In this document: positions 13,993 through 27,200 of the stretch, piece by piece | Layout: the number at the start of each line of letters is the position of its first letter | How positions within the stretch are numbered: the stretch's first letter is position 1 | From: Hormiphora californensis | Lineage: Eukaryota > Animalia > Ctenophora | Assembly: GCA_020137815.1 (NCBI GenBank) | Contig: CM035350.1 | Span: 5,642,001-5,706,000, forward strand | Length of the DNA: 64,000 bases | Direction: 5' to 3' | The notes under the pieces: model-generated | Seen by the model: the letters and a program-made list of their open reading frames with translations, nothing else | Database searches by the model: none | What the model was told of the DNA's origin: nothing | Translations under genes and position numbers: made by a program

Positions 13993-15423
13993 ACTGTCTC
14001 TATTTCTCTCACTCTCTCTCTCTCTCTATTTCTCTCTCTGTTCGGGCTCAGATCCTCCTGTGTGGTACCGCGACTCCCTTACAGCTCAACAACAGGGGTT
14101 GGATTAGCAAAGAACAATACGCTTACAGAGAGATGCATATCCGTGAGAAACCAGAGGTGCATTTGATCTGACAGGTGTTAAATGGGCGAGCAGGGCGGTA
14201 AACTAACAAGGGCTCAGTGGACATTTCCAGACACAATGGCAGTCCCCCACGCCCTAGACTACCCTACACACAATGCAGAGGACCCCCATATTCTTTTAAT
14301 TTGTCCCACTTTCAAAGTGTGCATCTTAAGGCGATGTCATATTATTATTTTCACTGCCCACTGCCCAGTGCCCTCAACATTTCCTTTTGAACTCAATCAA
14401 CTTCCCTGCAGCCCCTCTCTGTCGCCTACTCTTGGCCCCTAGGCCCTTATAGAGTTATGCTCAATTGAGATCCCACCTCTAACCATCCCCTACCAATTCG
14501 TTGAGATACCACATCTAACCATCCCCTACCAATTCGTTGAGATCCCACCTCTAACCATCCCCTATCAATTCGTTGAGATCCAACCTCTTACCCCTACCTG
14601 CACATTGTGAGGTCCCACTCTAACATAAAACTACCCACAGAGGTACGTGCGGCAACTGGTTGACCAGTACCTAGATAAGGAAATTGTGATAAGCAAGCAG
14701 CCAGAGGACAAAGTGGAGCTGATCGTTCAGGCGTGCAGGGAACGTTTCCCAGAGCACGCTCACTGGACCACTACTCGTATCAGGTACCTATTACTCGCTT
14801 CAACTTTGGCAATAAACTCGTCGTAACCTAGGCGCTGTAAACCACACGATCAAACGATCTTAGCCAATACAACTAATAACTATTTTACCAAACTTAATCT
14901 CCGCAGAATTTACATCGAATCATGCCGAAGGCTGAAGAAAATAAAGAACTCTCCCATTCTGTTGGCCAAGAGGAAGGCGGCGGGACGGCGATTTCGAGAG
15001 GGGCAGAAGCTCAAAAAGATGGTATAAAATGATTTAATTCGAAAGCTTTTGGGTATGGGGCAAGGGTCCTGGGTCAGTTCATTCAATCAAATGCAATCAG
15101 ACATCTGCCTTCTGTATAACTTTGCTTAATATTCGAGCCTGAGCCCTTCCAGAATAATGTGTTTTTTAACTCAACGAGGCGCTCGAAAACGGCTAACCCT
15201 CTTCACTGTTCCAAAGAACTTGTTTAATTTTCTAATTTTAGGGGTCTCACATCTAGGCGGAAACTAATGATTTATTACTCGTGCCTCTAGTAGTACGTAC
15301 TGAGCGTCTTACCAGGAACAGTGGACGCACATGTGCAATCAACACACGTGTCGCGGACCACTTAACCAATCCAACTCTTGCCCTATAGATCACCAAGCGA
15401 TAGGCTGATAGTGCGAAGTAGCA

Positions 15424-15520
<97 letters not shown>

Positions 15521-17684
15521 GTGAGAGAGGACATCCTACTGCTATACGTTGAGATAACGAGATCGCTTCGTTAGCTCTCCATTTTTTCGCGTTTTTACAC
15601 GGTGACTTTGGCATCCACGTGCTAACATCCTTTTCACTATCCATCCCCAGCTTTTCTATCTCTATATTCTTCTCTCTCTCTCCCTAGTCCCTCTAACTCT
15701 CTCTCCCCCTCTCTCTCTCACACACTAGGACTTTTCCCTCTCTCAAGCACGTGTGGATGGGTAAGGCACGCTCAATCATTACTGATTTGTAAGCGTCTTA
15801 ACGAGCTAATTCACCTCTCTAACGCGATCTTAGTGGACCATCCGGCTTAGGATATTCTTTCCTAGCCGATAAAAAACTACTACGAGTGCGAGAAAAGGAA
15901 TTTCGAGTAACGTAGGAGGGAACACGTGTCGTAGCATGAATATCATATCTAACCAACCCTCTTTTGCAGTTGGCGAGTCAGTTTTCGATGCAAGCGGCTG
16001 AGGCTAACCGGCAGCTAGCTGAGTATTTACTAAGACATGGAAATATGATGAAGCCTGAAATGGACGAAGAACAACACAAACAAAATGGTAATCCAGACAC
16101 ATAGAATCGAATACAACAACAAGCTAACATAACACATGCTGTCCAGTACGACTGATACCTAACACGAGGGATCAATTCAATCTACTACAATCAAATAGCA
16201 CATCACCGGCCACACACGCAAACCATGGATCGGTACAATAACAATCCGAGACGAAGAAAACTGACACCTTTTCACGTTACAATAGTCCAAGTAAAGAACA
16301 AAGTCAAAAGCCACCCACGACTCAGACAACAAAGAAATCAAAACGGCAATTTTATTATATTTTATTAACGGCAATTACCCCGATCCAGAAGCAGATCTTG
16401 AAGAGTCGATGGGGAAAGTTGACATGTTGCTTGAGGAGCCAGAACACAAAAAGCAACGGTTATCTCCCCCAACAGCACTACTGTCTCCCTCCCCACTCCT
16501 TGCTTCACCCAGACCAACCACATCATCTCCCTTCACAACGGTAAGTTGTTAGATGTGGTTAGAGAGTTTGCTCATTGAGTACCCTTGTCTAACAAAAAAT
16601 ATTTTTGAAATATTATATCAAGTTGGGCATTTATGTGGGTAATAAGAATTTTCGAAAGTTCCTACCTAGTCAACCAGTTGAGAAATATAAGCTGATATCC
16701 CCCCTAAATGCCACAATTTTAGCATGTTCCTTTTACACCCACCCTTAACTGTACTGACTACCAGACATTATATATCCACTAACTAACACCCCCTCCCTCA
16801 GCCCCAGACATATATCCACTAACTGATACCCCCTCCCTCAGCCCCAGGCGATGACGTCACCACCTGGTATGATAGGTTCCACACTACCATGTATCCGGGC
16901 TCCTTCCTCCAGTACCTCACCACCAGCGATGGCTAGCAGCTCACCTGCCCTCCTGCCCCTTCCTACCATGGCGTTTATCTCTCCTAAACCCAGCACACCC
17001 TCCCCAACCCACCGTCCTGGGTCCAAGGATCAGGCGTACTTCCACACCCCCATTAGCAGTAGCAGTGAAACTGGTAGCCCAATGAGCCTCGTAAGTTGTA
17101 GAAACATGCTTTTTAATCTGCTATATATCTGCTATACATATTATATATGCTACATATTATATATGAAGTTCATTTCTGTTAGCTTTTGGCTGACAGTTCA
17201 CACAATAACTCCCTAACATCACTAACATCACTATTCACTAACACCATCTAAATTCTAAACCTCCCTACTTTAGAGTATCAAGGAGGAGCGTATGTCAAGT
17301 GGTAGTACCTGGAACAGTCCCCAACTAGCCCAATCCCATTACCTCCAAGTTCTAACTGAGATGTTGCACAGCAAGAGACACCCACCTTCCGTACCACCAC
17401 CACCACCAGCCCCTGAACATGTAGCGAACAACAAGCCGCCCACACCCAAGAGTTTCCAGATCGAGTCCCTCATGGGCCTCCACCAGGATGGTGCCGTGCC
17501 CCAGAAACCCATGGACACCACTCCCACTGTACCCAAAAAGCAGATTTCTCTACCCGAGATGAGTATGTCGGAGATTGTGAATGCCAAGACTCTGGTAACG
17601 AGCTATCGGGAGGCAGCCAACTTTCTTTACCGAGCTGCTAGCGAGCTTGAACAACTCCTACCCACCAACCATAGAGTCTTCTGA
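13631..17684 (+). CDS. NOL4: Nucleolar protein 4-like (NOL4/NOL4L family), paralogue B
   Basis: Exons 13631(or 13670)-13723 (..NEDEKSFN), 14641-14783, 14907-15021, 15970-16087, 16389-16540, 16842-17090, 17274-17684. Phases are compatible, junctions are GT-AG, and it carries the same two NOL4 motifs as paralogue A. Confidence 0.85.
14467..14625 (+). repeat. 36-bp tandem repeat containing the branch-point motif CTAAC
   Basis: ttgagatcccacctctaaccatcccctaccaattcg x3 plus degenerate copies, ending just before the acceptor of exon 14641. Confidence 0.8.
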
Positions 17685-17748
17685 GGAACTATATTACTTG
17701 ATTGATATGTATTTGATTGATTTAATAATGCTGTATGAGAGAGAGAGG

Positions 17749-17795
<47 letters not shown>

Positions 17796-17826
17796 AGGGA
17801 GAGAGTAGAAGAGAGAAAGAGGAGAG

Positions 17827-17890
<64 letters not shown>

Positions 17891-18369
17891 GGAGAGAAAA
17901 GAGGGAGAGAGAGAATGAACTGTATTGAAGAAACCAGACAATTCTTTTTCTGTGTCACAGAGAACCAGCTGTAAATTTTTGTTGTAACATCATCAATGCG
18001 CTTTATTATTACAATTAACTGATCTCTTCTGCCAACCCCCCAACAATGTGACGTCTTTTCTTTAATTGGGACCTTTAATTGGAGATTTAGAAAGGTGTTA
18101 CTGTAAGGGGGAGCATGAGTTGGTAGACAATGATAGAGAGAAAACCCTCTCTTTCTCTCTCTCCCTTATTTATATATGGAACCATATGAGTTTCTCAAAG
18201 CTCTATTATAGGGGAGAATTTTAACAAGTTAGCAGATTAGGGGGAGCATGCTGTTCCTCGATAGTAGCTCACAACTAAGTGTCAACACGAACTAAACTAA
18301 TAATAACCGCCCCCTTTTCTATCGCAATTACCGTAAGGGGTGCACGCTTTGAAAGGGGTAGCAGTGAAG

Positions 18370-18513
<144 letters not shown>

Positions 18514-20140
18514 ATGTCATTGCTCACCTATAGTGCGGTTTCCACCACCTATCGAAACAGCTGCAGTAGGCTTGCTCAACAATGCCCCCTCCAAAGAAAT
18601 GAATACAATGATTGCAGGACAAATTAAATGAACTTTATAACACGGCAAAATAGGGGTCAACAGGTGCAATTAGCTCGAAAAAAAGAGTTTTCAACGGTTA
18701 GTCGCCCTTTTTCTTTTTTGTCGCCCTTATAGAGGCTGTAAAAATTTAGACAATACCGCCTATAATTCGTAAGTTACTGAATAGCTGCAGAAATATATAT
18801 ATTTCTGCAGCCATTCATATATGTGGTGCATACTGTATAATGTTTAAAAAATATAATACATATCTGCAAAATTTTTATAAATCTTGAACCGCCCGTCAAA
18901 TAATTTTATCATTCAAGAGGTGCACGCTGTCAGAGCATTGGCCTGACCCTATTCAAGAGAGAACTGTGATCAGAGCATTGGCCTGACAGGGTTCAATACG
19001 GCAACATAGATTTGATAGTTCAAGGGCATTGCAAGAGGAGAATCACAGTATACGGCTTACATCCCAATGCATGCCCGCGTCTAATGAGATGAATTTGATA
19101 ATGAAGTGGCTTTCACCAGATCAAAACTAGAGACATTGCAGTACCGGCAGATCCATCTACCTCGATCTATAATAAACACAGACCACTATTGCTTTTGAAC
19201 ATGTTCCAATCCGATTGGCGCGTGTTAAACTGCACAGATCATCTCAAAAATCCTGATCCTGACTGTCTGGAAGAGCCGACCTGTCACGGCCCGATCTGCA
19301 ACTTATTGAACGCACTGAGAGAATCAAAACGGGGTTAAACTCTCGGAGCGTGCGAGAACAGCAGTCAAAGCATTTGCCGGACAGGATCCGGACGACCTCA
19401 AAGATGGTTTTGTGCATTAAAGATTCCTCACTAGGTAGACAGAGCGTTCAATTCAATCATGACATTACCCCAACATTATACGGGCCGTATAATACGGCAT
19501 TGCAAAATATCCTTTCTCTCGCTCTCTGTCTCTGTCACCCTCTCTCTCTCACCAAACAAACAAATCTCTCTCATTGAGTCACGAGCTGCACTTTCATAGT
19601 ATTTACTAATGAAGTCACGTCTTCAAAAAGCCTGGCGATCTGCCTACTTTTCTACTAGACACTGAGACCCTACAATTAGTGACCTAGTGAGAGATATGGT
19701 GGAGAGAAAGCCGGGAACTCACGGCTATACCGTTTCTGATGAAGTAATTGCGTACAAGACTGTCTGGCGGCGCCAGACCCCGATTTGATTCTCGACAGCA
19801 TGCGCTCAGATGGGGTCCGCGGCGCCAAACAGTAACCTTTTTTAGTTACACCAGTCATCTTGTGTTGCTGTTGGTATGCCCACAGCCCAGGCAAGAAGAA
19901 TAATATTTTGTCTAGGTTTAATCAATTCCCCTTTCAGGCAAGGAAGGGTAAATTTACGAACTTTTCCCCCTCAACGACATACCTTTCACAGCCAGTAGCC
20001 CAAGTGGTACTTCGTCTCTGCAGCATCTCAAAACTCAACTGGAAAGAGAATTAATAACTACCGGCGCGGTCATCGTTAATTATAATATTCAAGAAAACAC
20101 GGTGACTTATATATTTGATATCATGGAAACGCACATGTAA

Positions 20141-20222
20141 CAGTCGGACCCCGATTTACCGGGATACTCGGAAAGGGGTTTGTCCGGTAAATCGGAGTGC
20201 CCGGTATATCGGGGTCCGACTG
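20141..20222. mobile_element. Tiny Tc1/mariner (pogo/Tigger-like) MITE
   Basis: TIRs CAGTCGGACCCCGA...TCGGGGTCCGACTG, 82 bp total. Confidence 0.6.
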
Positions 20223-20599
20223 CATTGTATACTGGCAATTTAGGCGTACCGCGTATGCCGCAGCACTTTTATAATAGACACATTATATATGTCCTTTTCC
20301 CGCTACACCTTGCATACTTACTTGTCTCAGGGGGGGGGGGGTGTCTCAGGAACACGGGAGAAGATCTCCTGCGCTTTGATTGGATCAATGAGAAATAGGT
20401 TGCCTTAGCTGATTTGCAGAGGCGTCGCATAAACCTGAAAATAGTTGTGTAGACTGTGTTTTTTGTTAAACTGATAATGTATTCGTTTTCTGATGGGAGA
20501 GGGAGCGGAGAGGGAGAGCGAGATCTACACAAGGAATCCAGAGCGGTTACAAGGATAGATAGAAAAAGAGAGCCTTATCGAGACTTAAAGAGAAACTCT

Positions 20600-20635
<36 letters not shown>

Positions 20636-20970
20636 AGCAAGAGAAAGAGATAGAGAGGGAGAGTGTGTGTGTGTGTGTGAAAGACAAGACAAGACAAAGC
20701 TAAATCGGAGTCCGGAGAATGGAGAGCTTGAACACGGGTGTGTCTGGTTCATTGGTCGGCGTTCTTTGCATTCAGCTACAGAAGGACTGACCTTGCTTCT
20801 TTTCTAAAATTATTTTCAGTTTTCGTAGTACCTGCTCCGATCTATGCTTTATCCGAGAGATTCTATGACCCTCGATTACCGGGACCCCGATTTTAACCTT
20901 TCAGCTTTCTTCTAACCTTCCCCAAGTAGCCGGTGAATTGAGATCTGACTGTCATCCTATAACAATAGTA

Positions 20971-21116
20971 CAGTCGGCAGGATAATCTTCCCCGATATAG
21001 GAAATTAACTTGTTGAGTACAAAAATTAACAGTATTTGACCCCGATTTAGCGGACACCCCGATTCAACAGACAAAACCTTTTCTCCCGAGGGTGCCGTTA
21101 AATCGGGGTCCGACTG
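20971..21116. mobile_element. Second copy of the same MITE family, left TIR interrupted
   Basis: TA|CAGTCGG [~60-bp insert] ACCCCGATTT...AAATCGGGGTCCGACTG|TA, with TA target-site duplication. Confidence 0.6.
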
Positions 21117-21211
21117 TATATCATAACCTAAAGTAGCTGTAATAGTACAGCTTAACTTGAACACACATTTCTGTTATTTTCTACCCAAATCTATCCTAAA
21201 TCTAGTGTTAA

Positions 21212-24200
21212 ATGGCTCGACTGCTTATCTTTCTACTACTGTTCGCGGCAGGATGGACTGATTACACGGACTTTACGTTCCTGTTGGTTTCCAAGGATGG
21301 CCGGGTCTCCGGAGCAGATCACCCTGATATTAACGAGGGTCTCCTCATTGTATCAGCGAACCACAGTGGAGTCCGCGAATATGGAACCCTTGATTGGGAT
21401 ACCATTAAGGACCAACCTTACCTTAATCGAAGTTTTGCTGTGGCGTGCGGTCAAATGGGCTTCGCAACTGCGGTGAGTATTTTCCCACTGTCAAAGAAGT
21501 ACCTCGGTAATGAATTAAAGCTCAATGATATTGAGAAGTTCAATCGTTTTTCCCTTTGCTATGGTTTGGAGGTAAACTGGGATTCGTGTTCGGAGAAAAA
21601 CATGAACGTAAAAAATACAACTTTCGTCGGTCTCAAGTGTCTTACGCAACAAGAGCTTGTCGGAAAACTCCCAGCCCGGAAGTTTGGTGCTTCTGGTGAT
21701 GCGATATTAATACTGGCTCCATTTCTGTCTTTCCTTGAACAAAGCAATCACACTAAAGACCACGTCCCTATTTTTCACCTCCTTGATTCCCAGTTGCGGT
21801 CGACTGATCTTTGTGCCTCTCACAGCATGAAACATTTGTTTGATACCTCTATCAGCAGCCTACTTGTAAAATCTGAGTTGACCCCAACTGCCTATACCAG
21901 TATGCCTACCCTGATCACTGACCTCACCACTAGTGAAGACAACAGCATTCCGCCTTTCTTTGGTGAATCCTTGAAATCACTTTTGATTTTCTGTCAGCAA
22001 AGTGCTACAAATACTAGATCTACAGATGATATCGATCTATCGTGTCCTGACAATATGCTTATTTCTGGTGTCCATATATTTACTCCCGCAATATTCAACG
22101 GTACAAAAACATTGTCAATTGCACAAGCTCGCTGCGAATGGTTTACTTCGTGTCAGCTTGAAGAGTTTCGTTCTATGGCTAACCGATTGCTCAAAATAAA
22201 CTACACTTGCACCTCCGAATATGGCTTTAGCTTCTTTCTCGACAGTGAGGGCCTTCAAACAGCGGCTGGAGTGGCAGACAACTGGGTTAAGGAGGGAAAA
22301 CTTGGCAAGGGACATCTCGGTTTAAATGTAACATCCAAGGGATCGGTGGTAAGGTCAGGTTACGTTAATCATGATGAAGATGGAGCAGAAGAAGTGATGA
22401 AGTTGTACCTCTGCAATATGCTGGGTTATCCTTCTGTCGTGGGTTACGAAAAAGGCACTTTTAAGACCAAAATTACCATGGATTTCTTTGATTTCCAAGT
22501 AACGGTGGGAAACAAGTTTAAGTTGTTTTTAACGAAGACCAAACGACTCAATTCCCACAAACATCGCGTTATCCTGACGTGTGGTCCAGATGATGATTTC
22601 TGGGCGAATGAACTGTCCCTGACTGTAGGGGAAAACACGGCAATGGTTGTTACTCGAAATGAGCAGAAATATCAACTTATGGTTGATATTAGGAAATATA
22701 CCGGCGGCATAGAGAAATATCCAGATCCATATCTGTCGGGTTCCCACCTGCCACTTCGAACTTTGGGTGAGAATCTATGCCAGAAGTTAGGCTACAAGAC
22801 TAGCATCTCGATGTCGTATTTCAACACAACTACGAAAGATCGATGCATTGAAATTGGCCCTAAAACGTACGAGTACATGTCCACCGACTTTCGTGACATG
22901 TTCGGATATAATATAGCGGGTATAGGAGTAACACTCCAAAACTGGAAAGTGTATGATTTGGAGAGCCTGTTACATTCTGGCACAAGTTGTAATAAAGGAA
23001 TCCCCCCAAGCAGCTTCCATCAGTTCATTTCACTGACATGTTCTCGAAGCAAGTTCCCGGCTCATGAAATCGTCTTGTCTGCATTAAAAGATGACTTGGA
23101 AACCGCTGAAATGTTTTCTTTTTCATTGGTTGGTCGGTACAAAGACAAAGATGGTGAACTATTTTCGGGTCTCGTTTGTGCGAGTAGTGAGATAACTCCG
23201 CAGGTCTTGAATGATGTATGCCAGGATGCTGGTTTTGTAGAATTGTGGTCATACACAACATTGGGCTACAAAGTGGAAGGTTACACCGACGAGAAGATAG
23301 CCCGGTTCAAAGGCAGTGTTTACAGGCAATTCGGTTCGGGCCTGATGGAAATAACAAACCTTACAGCTGGAGAGTTTTCTAAAGACAAGTGCGGCTTCAA
23401 CCAAATTATTCAGTTCACATGCCTGGGAGACTTCGATATGACCTTAATGGATTACTACCACAAAGAAAACAAGCTCGAGCTGCCACGGTATAGGCCCATT
23501 CCAGATTCGGAAACAACGGCGCTGATTTGTTTGGATAGCACGATTGGAAAACAGCAGAGAGATCACTACTGTGAAACCACCAACTCTGAGAGCTACGATT
23601 CAACAGGTAGTACTGATCACGCTTCCCTGAATTCTCTCGCCGCTGACTCTTTGAAAAACCTGGAAGTTGGTCTTAGGGTCACATGTTCGGATGAGTTAGC
23701 TTGCACATGGAAAAAGGAAAAGTGCTCTGCGTTCCTTGTCATTGGCTGTGGTAAGAGAAATGATGATCTGGAATTCTACAACACGGCTGTGCTTGTTGGG
23801 GTGGACACGATGGAAGTGGATCTAACGACAAACAAAGGGACAGTTGGGATTTCGGTCAGAGAATTCCAACTGTACACTCGAGAAATACCTCTCGGCCAAG
23901 CGTACATGTTGCTCTGGACAAACGATACATCTAATACCATACCTTTCCTGGTGACCACAGCTACAAATGCCTGTCTGCAGGGAGGTTTCCAGGGAGGTGC
24001 CGTTAACGTAAGCCTGAAATCCGGCTGCAACAAATGCTGGCCCGACAACCTTAGCGATGCCCAGTACATCTTTTATGGTACGGAAGTACAGATTCAGGAG
24101 AAAACATTCAACAGTGAAGACACATTTTCTAACCTCCAACAGCTACAAGTAGTTTGTGGTGGACAGAGATTAGTTCTCTTAAATAATGACAAGCTATCCA

Positions 24201-27200
24201 CGGAAGGATACCCAGTGCTGTTTACCTACAATACTGAAACAGGTGTCCTTCAAAACATATATACTGTGTTGCTTAGCAACCTGGACGAAGCAGATATGAT
24301 ATGTCGTGCAATAACTGGAGACAACGCTTACTGGTTTTCCGAGACAAGCAACTTTACGAAGGATCTTCTGGATGATCTGGGCGTTACATCAGCTAAATTC
24401 TCGATCGGTCAGGGCAGTTTTGAAAACTGTTTGAATCCCTCGAATGGCATTACGGATTGCAAATTTGTTGCCACCGAAGCAAATCAGATAAAGAGCGTCT
24501 ATTTGAAGTGCCGATCAGCAAAAGATACCATGCCCCATGATAAGGTGAACGAATTAGATATCAAAAGTGGAGGATTACTAAAAATAAAAATTAAAAAAGG
24601 AACTTTCTACCACATTTGCGTAGAACATGAATTCTCCTCCAAGATCGTGACGTGGTTTGCAAAGAAAAAAGCGGAAACTATAAATGTATATTTGCAAAGC
24701 GTGCAGCTAAGGGCAGCTAAAACCTCGACCCCGTCAGTTGGTGTGTGGTGCAGCCAGGTGGTAGATTCCGAAGAACCGAGTTGTAGATACAAACCATTAC
24801 CAGGATGCGATGGTCATCACATTGCCGTCAACAAATACGAGCGGGTCAAGCAGATCTGGATGAATGGTAGCATACTCACAACATTTAGGGGGCAGGTTTG
24901 TGCGGATACATTTGATGACCGCCTAGCGGGGGTATTTTGTTCTATTTTCGGATACGCTAATGCCACAAACTCAGTCAGTGAGATAGATCTCGAGAACACG
25001 AATACTGATGTAGCTCACTTGGTTTGCGAGAATGAATTATGTTACGCTTGGTCAAGAATCCACCGTGTGCAGGAGGGTGTTGTGAAATTGGAGTGCAGAA
25101 ACCCGAATGGTGTCAAGTATCAGTTTCTTGATGGCACAGAGAAGTCAGATAAAAAGACGATTTCCGGTGTTTTAGGTGTCGTCTGGAGGTCCCAAGTGAC
25201 TATACTCAACATATGGAGAAAGGTAAATCAAAAATATGCCAAAACAATGTGTGGGTCATTAGGATTTAGCTCGAAGCATGGATCATTGACGATAGACAGG
25301 TCTTTGAAACCCGCGGGAGACAAACTTTTAATAGGGACCTTTTCCAAAAACTGCCCCCTCGGAATGGACAACCAATATTGTCATCAGGTTCAGGAAATGG
25401 ACAGTTCATCGGATCACTTCCCCTATAATCTCACATGCTGGTTTAAAATTGAACACTTGACTTTTCTTCGGGAGTATATATGGGTCTTCAAGGGTAGAGT
25501 TGATTTCAAAATACGGGCCCAATACGATGTCGTCTACCCCAGTGGAAATGTTCGAGTGGTTGGATCTGTTTCTAAAGTCGAAGGATCTCAAAATCTGTGC
25601 CTTGCGTTTGGCACAACTGGACATATAGACTATAGTGTGAAGGGAGATGCAATCAGTGCAGATAATTTGAAGTGTCTGGAAGGCGTGAGAAAAGAACACA
25701 TGGCAGAAGATTGTACATACGATCTCACAAACATTGGTGGCGATTTCGATTACAACATATTCGCTGTTAGAATGCAGAAATCATTCAATTGTCTATTGGC
25801 TAAAAGATGGCCCAATCTTCAAGACACCGTACTTTTCTATTGGTACACTCATGGCGACGATAACAAAAAAGACCAGTAGAAAAACAACGCCAGTAAATGA
25901 TCAAGATGGAAATGGGCTACTCAATAATGCAAGGGTCCAGTTAGGATTTGACGCCGTGGCCGCTAAACAATACTACAAATTCCTGCCAGAATATGGTTTT
26001 CAGAGCAAAACCGTGTTGAAAAATGCATATTTTAAAGAAAATGGGATGGTTTATAGTCACCATAAGTCTTCGGACGAGTTTCTCTATGTTGAGTTTTATA
26101 ATTACCCGAAGGTAGAGGAGAGCTCCCTTTCATATCGTCTCATCGGCGAAGATGGCGCCCACAGTCTTTATGAAGGATTACTCCTTGTCTCGTTCAATAC
26201 GGTGGACAAGGAAGGTCGGGTGAACGAGGTATTTGAAGAAGGCATGGTATGCCAAAAGGAACTCTCAGTTGAATTTCTGGAGCGTGCATGTGAGAAGATG
26301 GGGTTCTCAAAACTACTGTATCGCGGGTCAGCCGCCGGTCATAGCAGTGCAGACAGTTTCAATTTCAATATCGGTATCGGGTTCAAAGGGGTAGCTTTCC
26401 ATTACAAAACGGGAAATGGTGAGTGTGTTAACAAATCGGAAGCGATTGTCGTTGAGTGTGGCTTTGATATGGCTCCCCACGCTAGCTTTAGCAATCTGAC
26501 ATTCAACTTGGTCGAAGAAATTTATAGTATACCGAGTGATCCGCTCCTATCGTCAGACTGGGTCCCTCCTCGTTACAGAGACCCAATGGCAGGGTACCTA
26601 GTAGCCACGGTCAGTGTCCTGGGGAATATATCCACTGGAATGGTGTGTAGTGAGGGTGTTAGTGAGGCTACAAAAACTGCTATGTGCTTGAGAATGGGCT
26701 TCCACACTTCGGTTTCGTCGAAAGGTGTTCCCATCCCGAACAAGAAAATCTTCCTAAGCAATGTTTCCTACAGCGGATCCTGGGGCTGGGACTGGGAGGA
26801 TTGTCCTGAGCGCAGGGCACTTTGGTTGGAATGCGGATTTGATCCTACGCTCTGTAAACCAGCAATGGAGAATGGTTACATGGTGTTCAGTTGCTCACAC
26901 CAATTCATACCAAACCCTCGAATATACCGGTGTCCCAACTCACTACAAACTTACAGGGTAAGCTACGATGATGATTCTAACAAATGTGACTTGTCCTTCA
27001 CGTCTCTCTGCCCCGATGATCCCAAGTTTTTCCAGATATGTGCACACAAAACTACCAACTGTCGTGCCAATGAAAGGGTAAAAAAGGACGTAAACTGCAA
27101 TGATTTCATCTGTCAAACTACAAACTTGCCAGGCATAACTCCAAGCCAAAGTCCCGTACTCGTTAGCGGCTCTCTTGTTGAAAAGGGTATGGTTTGTGCA

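Noticed and set aside
18900-19900. Coding-like composition, possibly a decayed retroelement
   Set aside because: No ORF or convincing RT/endonuclease motif readable by eye.
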